The translations under genes were made by a program, and so were the position numbers. Source: a virus. Taken from it: DNA of 64,000 bases. Location: positions 1 to 64,000 of IMG/VR virus record IMGVR_UViG_3300037307_000719; one strand, written 5' to 3'. Below the pieces are notes generated by a model that saw nothing but the letters and a program-made list of their open reading frames with translations, ran no database searches and was not told the origin of the DNA. Positions 22,083 to 29,631 of this stretch are shown here, piece after piece (within the stretch, counting starts at the first letter, position 1; each line of letters starts with the position of its first letter).

Positions 22083-25000
22083 ATGGACCGATATGATGCG
22101 CGGAAGGTGACGCCGGTGGAGGCGAGTGCGAAGCTGGACGGGGTGTATGCGCGGGCGACGAGGGACGGGGTGTTTGCCAAGAGCGGGGTGCGGATGGCGG
22201 TGCCGCATGTGGAGAAGCGGCTGAAGCGGTATTTCCGGAAGCGGCCTGACGGGGCGCTGGAGGGGGAGCTGTGGCGAAGGAAGGCGGGGATCGAGCAGAT
22301 CGCGGGGGAGGCGCGGCGCGGCGGTGATGCGGCGAGGAAGCTGAAGCTGCATGTGTTTCCCGGGCAGGCGTCCCCTCCCCTGCCCTTTGGCGCGGTGCGG
22401 CGGGTGAAGGGGCACAAGGTCAAGGATGACGCGGGGGTGCAAAAGCGGCTGCGGAAAGCCTTGCGCAAGGGTCACGAAGGGGTGGTGGTGCGCGGAGCGG
22501 ACGGGGGGAAGGTGAAGCTGAAGCCGGAGATGGACCGGGAGTGGAGGGTCGAAGGTCTGAAAGTCGGAAAGTCGGGAGGTCTGAAGAGGAAGACGGTTCT
22601 GACGATGCGGACGGAGGACGGGAGGCCGTTCAAGGTTCAGGCGGGTGGCGGGGCGATGGGGGCGAAGGCGGGAGACCAGGTGACGGTGCGTTACTCGGGA
22701 TTGACACGGAGCGGGAAGCCGAAGGCGGCGGTGGCCGTGCGGGTGCGCAACGAGAAGGATTTTTCCATGAAACATTTCAAGACGAAGCCGGAGCTGACCG
22801 AGCGTGAGCGGGAGCAGGTTTCCAAGGACCGGAAGGCGCTGATGAAGGGGGCGGTTTTGACGGCTCTTGGCGGTGTGGCGGCGTATGGGGTTTTGCGGAT
22901 GCCGAAGTTCCGCAACGTGAAGGAAACGAGGACGCCCGCGGTGCTGCGGATGGGTCAGCGCGGGGTGGTAACGGGCCGGATGCACGGGCCGAAGCTGCCG
23001 GTGCCGGAGAAAGTGAAGGAAACGAGGACGCCCGCGGTGCTGCGGATGGGTCAGCGCGGGGTGGTAACGGGCCGGATGCACGGGCCGAAGCTGCCGGTGC
23101 CGGAGAAAGTGAAGGCACCGGGATTCAAAGAGGCGGCGCGGCTGAACAACGAGCGCAAGGGCGGGGTGAAGCGGCTGGTGAAGGCGGCGGAGCTGAAGCG
23201 GGAGCGGGCGTATGGGGCGCTGAAGCCACCGAGCGCGAAGCGGCTGGCCAAGCTGAACCCGGCGGTGCGGGCGCGCTACGAGCGGATGGACGAGGTGGCG
23301 CGGAGCAGCGGCCAACGGGGCTGGCTGCCAAGCGCGGCGACGGCAAAGAACACGAAGAAGGCACAAGGGCTGGGGGCGACCGGACAACTCAGCCCGGGCG
23401 AGGTGAAAAACGCGAGGAAGACCTGGCGGGTGAAACGGCAGAAGGCGCGGCAGGACTTGCTGCAATACCGGGAACAGAAGAATTTTTCCATGAAAACGCA
23501 GGACGACAGGAAGCAGGGATCAAACGGCGAGAAGCTGAAAAACGCGGCGGTGGCTGGCGGTGCGCTGGCCAGCGGCGGCGCGGCGGTCTATGGAGCGCGG
23601 CAGTGGGGCAAAACGAACAAGGCGCTGCGGGCTCACGCGGACGCTCTGGCGGCGCAACTGACGCCGAAGGAGATCGCCCGGCAAGTGGGCGCGGAGGTGG
23701 GCGGCAAGGCGAAGCGGACGCTGCGCGGGTATTTCCCGACCTTCATCAAGGCGGGGAAGAAGGTGAGCAAGGTGATGAAGACGCGGGTGAAGGGATTTGA
23801 AGAAAAGCCGCTGACGCATGAGGAGCTGGTGCAGCGGTATGGGCAAAGTCAGAAAAGCGGCAGACAGAAGAAAGAAGATCGGAAGCGCAAGCGCGGGTGG
23901 TTGTTTGAGACTCCTGCCTCGCGGTTGCTGAATTTTGGCAATGCGGAGCAGTGGCGGCGGGAGAGCGACCAGCGGTATGGGAGTCCGCTGAAGGGGGCGA
24001 TGGGCCTTGAGAAGGGGTATTACCGGAAGGACGCGGACGGTGAGCCGATCATCGAGGCACTGCCATTCCGGCAGGCGCAGGTCATCAAGAGCACCTACAA
24101 CAAGGCGAAGAAGGTGCAGAAATACGGCACGCGGGGTAGCGGCCTGCTGAAGGACGCGGGCGCGGTGGTGGCGGGGAGGCCAAGGGAAAAAGACCGCGCC
24201 GGGCGGGAGAAGAAACGCGAGTGGGAAAAGCCGTGGTTCAAGACGGCGGCGCGCAACGCGGCGATCACCGGGGCGATCCTGGTGGGCGCGAAGCATGTGG
24301 CGAAAGATCCGGAGAAGTGGCGCAAGCGGGTGAACAAGCATGTGATCCGGCCGATCAACCGGAAGGTGCCGGATTATTTGAAGGAGTGGGAGGAAGGGGT
24401 AAAAGCTGAAACGCTGAAAAGCGGAAATGCTGAAATGAAGAGTTTTGCGACTCCGGCGGGGAAGCTGTTGGGGAAGTTTGAGAAGCCCTTGCGCAAGGGT
24501 GGGCTGGGGAAGTTCCTGGGGCCGAGTGAGGTGCAGCGGACGGTGGCGAAGCAGCGCAAGGCACTGGCGGGCCGGGTGAAGGCGGCGGCGGCAAAGGGGA
24601 ATCAAAAGGCGGCGGCGATGGTGCCGCGAGTGAAGCATCACGCGGCGATGAAAGAGGCGGGCGTGAAGGCGTCGGAGCGGCGGCAGAAGGATGCCATCCG
24701 GGGCTTAAAAAAAGGCGCGGGGATCGCGGCTGGGGGTGCGGTGCTGGGCGGGGCGGCGATGAAGCTGCACGCGGACCAGCCGGAGGACCGGAAAGTGCGG
24801 GTGGGTGCGCGGTTCCGCAATGCTTTGGTGGGGGCGGCGGCGGGCTCTTATCTCGGGGCCGGTCTGCACACGGGCAAGAGCGGGTTCCGTGGGGCACGGC
24901 TTGGCGCGCTGGCGGGCGGGTTGATCGGCGCGGTGAGCAATCCGAAGCGCAAGCAGGTGATTGAGGATTTGCCGGTGGCGAGCTTTGCGGTAAAAGCTGA

Positions 25001-25391
25001 AACGCTGAAAAGCGGAAAAGCTGAAATGAAGAGGTTTGGGACTCCGGCCTCGCGCTTGCTGCATTTCGATGTGGATGCGGCGATGGCGGGGTGGGACATT
25101 CGTGATCCGAGGGGAAAGAGTGCGCGGGTGTATGCGCCGGGATCGAGGCGGCGCCACCGCAGGCCGAAGGAGTGGCATGAGCGGAAGGAGAACCGGGACA
25201 AGCTGGCGGCGGCGGCGGTGATCGCGGCAGGCGTGGGCGGGCTGGCGGTGGGCACGAAGCTGGGCAGGAAGCTGGCGCTGCGGAAGCAGGCGGCGGTGCC
25301 CTCCCCTGCTCCGGGCGGCATCAGCTACGGGCCGAAGATGGGACCGCGCAGCACGGTGAGGCCGGAAGGGTTTTACGGGCGGAGACGTTGA
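22083..25391 (+). CDS. Giant Lys/Arg/Gly-rich protein with an N-terminal ATP-dependent DNA ligase domain
   Basis: Ligase/nucleotidyltransferase motifs are present: I KLDGVYA, III LEGELW, IV EGVVVRG, V KVKLKP, plus an OB-like segment. The rest carries glycine-zipper hydrophobic segments and repeated modules. The ATG at 22083 is 19 nt from a TTGAC box. Confidence 0.75.
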   Translation: MDRYDARKVTPVEASAKLDGVYARATRDGVFAKSGVRMAVPHVEKRLKRYFRKRPDGALEGELWRRKAGIEQIAGEARRGGDAARKLKLHVFPGQASPPLPFGAVRRVKGHKVKDDAGVQKRLRKALRKGHEGVVVRGADGGKVKLKPEMDREWRVEGLKVGKSGGLKRKTVLTMRTEDGRPFKVQAGGGAMGAKAGDQVTVRYSGLTRSGKPKAAVAVRVRNEKDFSMKHFKTKPELTEREREQVSKDRKALMKGAVLTALGGVAAYGVLRMPKFRNVKETRTPAVLRMGQRGVVTGRMHGPKLPVPEKVKETRTPAVLRMGQRGVVTGRMHGPKLPVPEKVKAPGFKEAARLNNERKGGVKRLVKAAELKRERAYGALKPPSAKRLAKLNPAVRARYERMDEVARSSGQRGWLPSAATAKNTKKAQGLGATGQLSPGEVKNARKTWRVKRQKARQDLLQYREQKNFSMKTQDDRKQGSNGEKLKNAAVAGGALASGGAAVYGARQWGKTNKALRAHADALAAQLTPKEIARQVGAEVGGKAKRTLRGYFPTFIKAGKKVSKVMKTRVKGFEEKPLTHEELVQRYGQSQKSGRQKKEDRKRKRGWLFETPASRLLNFGNAEQWRRESDQRYGSPLKGAMGLEKGYYRKDADGEPIIEALPFRQAQVIKSTYNKAKKVQKYGTRGSGLLKDAGAVVAGRPREKDRAGREKKREWEKPWFKTAARNAAITGAILVGAKHVAKDPEKWRKRVNKHVIRPINRKVPDYLKEWEEGVKAETLKSGNAEMKSFATPAGKLLGKFEKPLRKGGLGKFLGPSEVQRTVAKQRKALAGRVKAAAAKGNQKAAAMVPRVKHHAAMKEAGVKASERRQKDAIRGLKKGAGIAAGGAVLGGAAMKLHADQPEDRKVRVGARFRNALVGAAAGSYLGAGLHTGKSGFRGARLGALAGGLIGAVSNPKRKQVIEDLPVASFAVKAETLKSGKAEMKRFGTPASRLLHFDVDAAMAGWDIRDPRGKSARVYAPGSRRRHRRPKEWHERKENRDKLAAAAVIAAGVGGLAVGTKLGRKLALRKQAAVPSPAPGGISYGPKMGPRSTVRPEGFYGRRR
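22459..22471. repeat. Palindrome copy CCTTGCGCAAGGG (13)
   Basis: Inside the ligase domain (translated ALRKG). Confidence 0.9.
22917..23108. repeat. Perfect tandem duplication, 2 x 96 bp
   Basis: 22917-23012 equals 23013-23108. Each copy encodes VKETRTPAVLRMGQRGVVTGRMHGPKLPVPEK. Confidence 0.95.
24407..24442 (+). repeat. GCTGAAAN array inside the giant ORF (third unit GCGGAAAT)
   Basis: Translated as VKAETLKSGNAEMK. The unit that would place a TGA in the ORF frame reads GGA instead. Confidence 0.9.
24486..24499. repeat. Palindrome CCCTTGCGCAAGGG (14/14)
   Basis: Inside the giant ORF (translated PLRKG). Confidence 0.95.
24989..25033 (+). repeat. GCTGAAAN array inside the giant ORF (third unit GCGGAAAA)
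   Basis: Translated as VKAETLKSGKAEMK. It shows the same stop-removing substitution. Confidence 0.9.
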
Positions 25392-25392
25392 A

Positions 25393-25496
25393 GGTAAATG
25401 CTGAAAACTGAAACGCTGAAATGCTGAAAGGAAGAGGGCGGAGGCGCATTTCTTTTTCTGATTTCAGCGTTTCAGCATCTCAGCGTTTCAGCGTTT
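25393..25496. repeat. Inverted pair of GCTGAAAN arrays (long hairpin)
   Basis: Left arm 25393-25436, right arm 25458-25496. It lies between the giant ORF stop and the next TTGAC box. Confidence 0.85.
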
Positions 25497-25506
25497 GCCC
25501 TAGAAG

Positions 25507-25511
25507 TTGAC
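25507..25511 (+). promoter_or_regulatory. TTGAC box, 19 nt before ATG 25526
   Basis: TTGACACACGGGAAAGGTCATG. Confidence 0.6.
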
Positions 25512-25525
25512 ACACGGGAAAGGTC

Positions 25526-26221
25526 ATGGCTCAGGAATCTTTGAAATCGTTGGAGGAACGCATGGACGAGCAGCTCCATGCGTTTGGGTATGGGGCATCC
25601 GAAGAGGAAACCCGGGGCAACCGCTCGGGACGACTGGTGGGGGCGGCGGCTGTCGGCACGGCGGGTGCGCTCGGGTTTGCGAAGCGCAAGCAGATCGCGC
25701 ACGGTGCGGGAGCCGGACTTGAAAAGGCCGGGGACATGCTGCGGCGCAAGGCGACGCTCGGGCCACGGGCGGCGGTGCTCAACCCGAACCGGATGCGCAA
25801 GGCGGCGGGACAGGCAGGAGACGTGCTGCTGCGCGGGGCGAAGAAGCTGAAAGGGTTTGGCGAGGTGTCCGCGCTGATCGAGCTGGCCGAGCGGGTGGCG
25901 GAGCTGGAGCTGGAGGCGGAGGAGGAGCTGATTGAGTTTGGCCGTATGGACGACATGCGTGCAAAAGCCAAAGGCTACGCCGGGCAGGCGAAGGCTGGTT
26001 ATGGCAAGGCTCGCAAGGCGGGGATGAGCATGGCTGCCGGGGCTGGTGCCCGTGCGGCGGATGGCGCGGCGCTGCTCAAGAAGTATCCAGGGCGTGCCGG
26101 TGGCATCGCAGGCGGGGTGGCCGCACTGGCAGGAGCCGGAGCGTATGGGATGCACCGCCACAAGAAAGCCAAGCGCCGGGATGAGCTGCTGGCGAGGTTC
26201 AAGAGCGGCAAGGCCGAATGA
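25526..26221 (+). CDS. Gly/Ala/Lys-rich protein with glycine-zipper segments (possible internal virion protein)
   Basis: 231-aa ORF with a TTGAC box 19 nt upstream. Its composition resembles the C-terminal modules of the preceding ORF. Confidence 0.75.
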   Translation: MAQESLKSLEERMDEQLHAFGYGASEEETRGNRSGRLVGAAAVGTAGALGFAKRKQIAHGAGAGLEKAGDMLRRKATLGPRAAVLNPNRMRKAAGQAGDVLLRGAKKLKGFGEVSALIELAERVAELELEAEEELIEFGRMDDMRAKAKGYAGQAKAGYGKARKAGMSMAAGAGARAADGAALLKKYPGRAGGIAGGVAALAGAGAYGMHRHKKAKRRDELLARFKSGKAE

Positions 26222-26230
26222 TTTTTCAAA

Positions 26231-26306
26231 CGCAGGGTAGTTGAATCGGTAAAACGCTGGGCTCATACCCCGGAGGCTGTGGGTTCGATTCCCACTCCTG
26301 CAACCA
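26231..26306 (+). tRNA. tRNA-Met (CAT) with initiator (fMet) hallmarks and an encoded CCA
   Basis: A 76-nt cloverleaf was folded by hand. Features: C1-A72 mismatch, G29-G31:C39-C41 triple G:C pairs, anticodon loop CTCATAC, T-arm GTGGG-TTCGATT-CCCAC, G18G19, discriminator A73, terminal CCA. Confidence 0.9.
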
Positions 26307-26312
26307 GTTTTT

Positions 26313-26350
26313 GGGTAAATGCTGAAACGCTGAAAAGCTGAAACGAAGAG
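26313..26350 (+). repeat. GCTGAAAN octamer array (direct)
   Basis: Lies immediately after the tRNA. Confidence 0.85.
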
Positions 26351-26366
26351 ATGAAATTTTGAGACC

Positions 26367-27365
26367 ATGAACACACGATTGCTGGAAAGGTTGGACGCGA
26401 GGCTGAAGGAATTCATTTCCACGGAGGAACTGCCGTATGGGAGCGGGTTGATGGGGCCGAGCGAGAAGCCGAATTTTCCGGCGTTGTATCTGAGCCGCTC
26501 GACGGACCCTGGGCTGATGAAGCTGCCGGGCGAGGGCAGCGCGATGGTGCGCTACAAGGTGAAGCGGCGGGAGATCGATGAAAGCCGGGACGACGGGCAG
26601 CCGTTGTATGGGGCGAGCATCGAGATCCGGGAGATCGAGCCGGTGGCGGAGGAGGCGGAAGAGACGGGGCTGGAGAGCACGGTGTTTTTGAAGGAGTTTG
26701 CGGGTGGGTATGTAAATACCGATGAAGGAATCAAAAAGGAAAAAGGTATTGGCTCGCATCTAACGCGGAACGCCGGGAAGTATGTGGGAGGCGTTTTAGC
26801 CCCTGGTTCTTTGGGGCTATCGTTTGCGGGTGGCTACCTGATTGATAAAAAGCGCCGGAAGGGCAACATCGAAAGAACAAAAATTGAGGCCAAGCAGCCT
26901 TTGAAAGCTAAAGGTGATCCGGTGAATCGTAAAGAAAAGACGGGGCTGGAGAGCACGGTGTTTTTGAAGGAGTTTGCGCGGACTCCGGTTGGGAAGGTTT
27001 ACCCTTCCGCAAAATCGTTTTTTGGAGACCCGATTGTGAAAGGTCAGGTTTTGGTAAGGCACGGAAGAATGAGCAAGTCGGCCGCAACGGCAAAGCGTGC
27101 CGGGACTCATTCTATTCTTGCAAAGGCCGAAAGAAAGAAGTCAGCGGATGCCTTAAAACACGCTCGCAAGTTGGGGTTACGGGGCCATGAGTTTGGCGAG
27201 GCTCGTGACCGGGATGGTGAGGGGCGGTTTGCGGCGGGGAATGTGCCTGGGCCGCAGGACTATGCGATTGCGGATGCGGTGGCGAGGAAGCGCGGGAAGC
27301 GGGCGATGGCTCCGGTGGGCGGGGTGAACATTGCGCGGAATGCGCGGGGGCGCGTCGCCATGTGA
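26367..27365 (+). CDS. Lys-rich hypothetical virion-module protein with an internal duplication
   Basis: 332-aa ORF. It contains a 40-bp perfect direct repeat (TGLESTVFLKEFA twice) flanking a lower-GC segment. Confidence 0.75.
   Translation: MNTRLLERLDARLKEFISTEELPYGSGLMGPSEKPNFPALYLSRSTDPGLMKLPGEGSAMVRYKVKRREIDESRDDGQPLYGASIEIREIEPVAEEAEETGLESTVFLKEFAGGYVNTDEGIKKEKGIGSHLTRNAGKYVGGVLAPGSLGLSFAGGYLIDKKRRKGNIERTKIEAKQPLKAKGDPVNRKEKTGLESTVFLKEFARTPVGKVYPSAKSFFGDPIVKGQVLVRHGRMSKSAATAKRAGTHSILAKAERKKSADALKHARKLGLRGHEFGEARDRDGEGRFAAGNVPGPQDYAIADAVARKRGKRAMAPVGGVNIARNARGRVAM
26663..26978. repeat. 40-bp perfect direct repeat pair (26663-26702 and 26939-26978), in-frame, 276 bp apart
   Basis: GACGGGGCTGGAGAGCACGGTGTTTTTGAAGGAGTTTGCG occurs twice. 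The intervening DNA has lower GC. Confidence 0.9.
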
Positions 27366-27423
27366 TTGCCGAGTGATGATTGAGGATTTTTGAATTTTGA
27401 TTTTGATAGAAAGAACCAAGACC

Positions 27424-27600
27424 ATGAGTGATACCAACAACACGACCAACGAATCTCCCGGCACTGCTTCCGTTCCGCCCGTCAAGGCGGGTGCCATCAG
27501 CCGCGCCAGTGCTGCCGCAAAGCCGAAAGGCGGCGGAGTGCGGGTGTGGGTGAAGGACTCCAAAACCGGCGAACGGCGTGAGGTGACCCGGAGAGGCTGA
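27424..27600 (+). CDS. Small hypothetical protein
   Basis: 58 aa starting MSDTNNTT. The stop TGA directly abuts a palindrome copy, and a terminator follows. Confidence 0.5.
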   Translation: MSDTNNTTNESPGTASVPPVKAGAISRASAAAKPKGGGVRVWVKDSKTGERREVTRRG

Positions 27601-27614
27601 CCCTTGTGCAAGGG
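27601..27614. repeat. Palindrome variant CCCTTGTGCAAGGG
   Basis: It abuts the stop TGA at 27598-27600. Confidence 0.9.
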
Positions 27615-27643
27615 TGGGCCGGCAGAATACGCTGCTGTGATCC

Positions 27644-27697
27644 CGCCCCGGTGTCCGGATCGCTCTCCAAGCGGTCGGGGCGCCGGGGTTTTTTTGG
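27644..27697 (+). terminator. Rho-independent terminator (plus strand)
   Basis: GC-rich hairpin CCCCGG..CCGGGG followed by TTTTTTT. Confidence 0.7.
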
Positions 27698-27735
27698 GTA
27701 AATGCTGAAACGCTAAAAAGCTGAAATGCTGAAAG
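27696..27735 (+). repeat. GCTGAAAN octamer array (direct)
   Basis: Lies immediately after the terminator T-run. Confidence 0.85.
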
Positions 27736-27748
27736 GGGCGGGGGGACG

Positions 27749-27753
27749 TTGAC
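27749..27753 (+). promoter_or_regulatory. TTGAC box, 22 nt before ATG 27771
   Basis: TTGACTTCGGGACGGGTGGTGTATG. Confidence 0.55.
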
Positions 27754-27770
27754 TTCGGGACGGGTGGTGT

Positions 27771-28952
27771 ATGAGCACGAACACCATTAGCAAGTTTCCG
27801 GCGGTTTATCATTTCGAGAGCGGGGCGAGCAGCCTGAACGTGGACAAGGAGAAGGGGGTGATCTATGGCGTGAGCCTGATTACTTCCGGCATCACGGCCA
27901 AGGGTCATGACCTTGAGGTGGATGGCAAGACGCTGGAGCAGATGCTCTCCTGCGCGGAGAAGAAGGGGAAGATCCCGGTGAAGTGGAATCACAAGACGGG
28001 AGCGGACGCGGTGAGCGGGTATTTGAGAAACTTCCGGATCGAGGGGCGCAAGCTGGTGGGGGACTGGAAGCTGCTGAAAAGCCACGAGCGGTATCAGCAC
28101 GCGCTGGAGCTGGCGAGCGAGATGCCGGAATGCCTTGGTCTCTCGACCTCGTTCCGAGGGGAGGACGAGGTGGTGGGTGACCGGAAGTTCGCACGCTGCA
28201 CGGAGCTGGTGAGCGCGGACCTGGTGGCGAGTCCGGCGGCGAATCCGAACGGGTTTTTCGAGGAAGGGCCGGGCGAGGTTGACAGGCAGGGAAAAGGCAT
28301 GGCCGAGAAAGCACAAACAAACAGCGCCGGAACCCCGTCCCAAGAGAAGGAATTCTCGCTTGCGGATGTCATGGCCGGTATTTCGCAAATCAATCAACGC
28401 ATCGACGGGATCGAGGAAAAGGTAACGTCCTTTGAAGCGTTTCAGGATGAAGTGATCCGGTCCTTTGAGGAGGGCATGGATGATGACGACGGGGGTGGAG
28501 AAGGCGCGGGCGGCGAGGCCGACGTGGAATTCTCCAGCGGTGCGGAAGCGCTGCAATACCTGCATGAGAAGCTCGCCTCCATCGAGGACGCGAAGGAAAG
28601 CGCGAAGATCGAGCGCGCCTTTGCCGCCTACGACGAGAAGGTCGAGGCACTCATCGAGCTGAACGAGCAACTCGCCACGGAGAACGCGGCGATGGCCGAC
28701 GCTCTGATGGAGTTCCAGGAAAAGACCGGACGCGAAGTGCATTTCAGCGTGGGCGCGGAAGGCGGCTACGAACACCAGCTTTCCGAGACAACTCCGGACG
28801 GACGCAAGCTCACCGAGTTCGAGGCCCGCTGCAAGCAGTTCGAGGCAAACGGCAAGAGCGAGACCGAGGCCATCACGCTGGCCATGAAGGAAGATCCGAA
28901 GCGCTACCAGAAGCACTTGCAGGCGCTCGGGATCATCAACCGCAGCCTGTAA
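27771..28952 (+). CDS. Prohead protease (HK97/S78-like) fused to a scaffold-like coiled-coil
   Basis: The N-terminus has IPVKWNHKTG (His motif) and GLSTSF (Ser motif). The C-terminal half is acidic coiled-coil. It lies upstream of the decoration and capsid genes. Confidence 0.8.
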   Translation: MSTNTISKFPAVYHFESGASSLNVDKEKGVIYGVSLITSGITAKGHDLEVDGKTLEQMLSCAEKKGKIPVKWNHKTGADAVSGYLRNFRIEGRKLVGDWKLLKSHERYQHALELASEMPECLGLSTSFRGEDEVVGDRKFARCTELVSADLVASPAANPNGFFEEGPGEVDRQGKGMAEKAQTNSAGTPSQEKEFSLADVMAGISQINQRIDGIEEKVTSFEAFQDEVIRSFEEGMDDDDGGGEGAGGEADVEFSSGAEALQYLHEKLASIEDAKESAKIERAFAAYDEKVEALIELNEQLATENAAMADALMEFQEKTGREVHFSVGAEGGYEHQLSETTPDGRKLTEFEARCKQFEANGKSETEAITLAMKEDPKRYQKHLQALGIINRSL

Positions 28953-28991
28953 CCCGGAACGCCGAACCAACACGAGGAAGGAACCAACAAC

Positions 28992-29594
28992 ATGCAAAAC
29001 ACATCTCCAGTATTCTCGGTGCCCGCCAGTGCGGCGGACCTAGCGCCCTACCGCAGGGCGAAAATCACGGCCACCGGAGCGGCTTACGCCGGTTCCGGCG
29101 AGGCGGCCGTAGGAACCCTGCTGCCGGGTGATCCGGGCGACGAGGAACAAAGCGCCGTGCAGGATCTCACCTTCGGCGTCCACTTCGCCACCATGGGAAG
29201 CAACACCGACATCGCCATCGGCGACGAGGTGGAGGCTGCCGCGGACGGCAAGATCGTGAAACTTTCCGCCGGACCCGCCGTGGGCGTGGCTCTGGAAGCG
29301 GGGGTTGATGAGAACGACGTGATCCGCGTCAAGTATTACCCGAACCCGGGCACCTTCAAGGTCGTCGCGGCGGGCATTCATGCCTGGGCGGGTGGAGCGG
29401 CCACGACGGACTCCATCGCCGTGGCGGGGCTGCTGGCGACCGACATTGTCCTTGTGACGCTGTCGGCGCGGGCCTCGACCGAAACGCTGGTGCTGGCCGT
29501 GAACGACGCGGCCAACGACCAGATCGACCTGACGCTGAGTGCCAACGGCACCAACGCCACCACCAAACTCAGCTACGCGGTGCTCCGCGCCTGA
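28992..29594 (+). CDS. Head decoration / cement protein (DUF2190-like)
   Basis: 200 aa. Contains GDEVEAAADGKIVKL..AVGVALEAG. Positioned between the protease and the capsid gene. Confidence 0.75.
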   Translation: MQNTSPVFSVPASAADLAPYRRAKITATGAAYAGSGEAAVGTLLPGDPGDEEQSAVQDLTFGVHFATMGSNTDIAIGDEVEAAADGKIVKLSAGPAVGVALEAGVDENDVIRVKYYPNPGTFKVVAAGIHAWAGGAATTDSIAVAGLLATDIVLVTLSARASTETLVLAVNDAANDQIDLTLSANGTNATTKLSYAVLRA

Positions 29595-29631
29595 TAGAAA
29601 CGGAACCAGAATCTGAAAGGACAAGACACAG

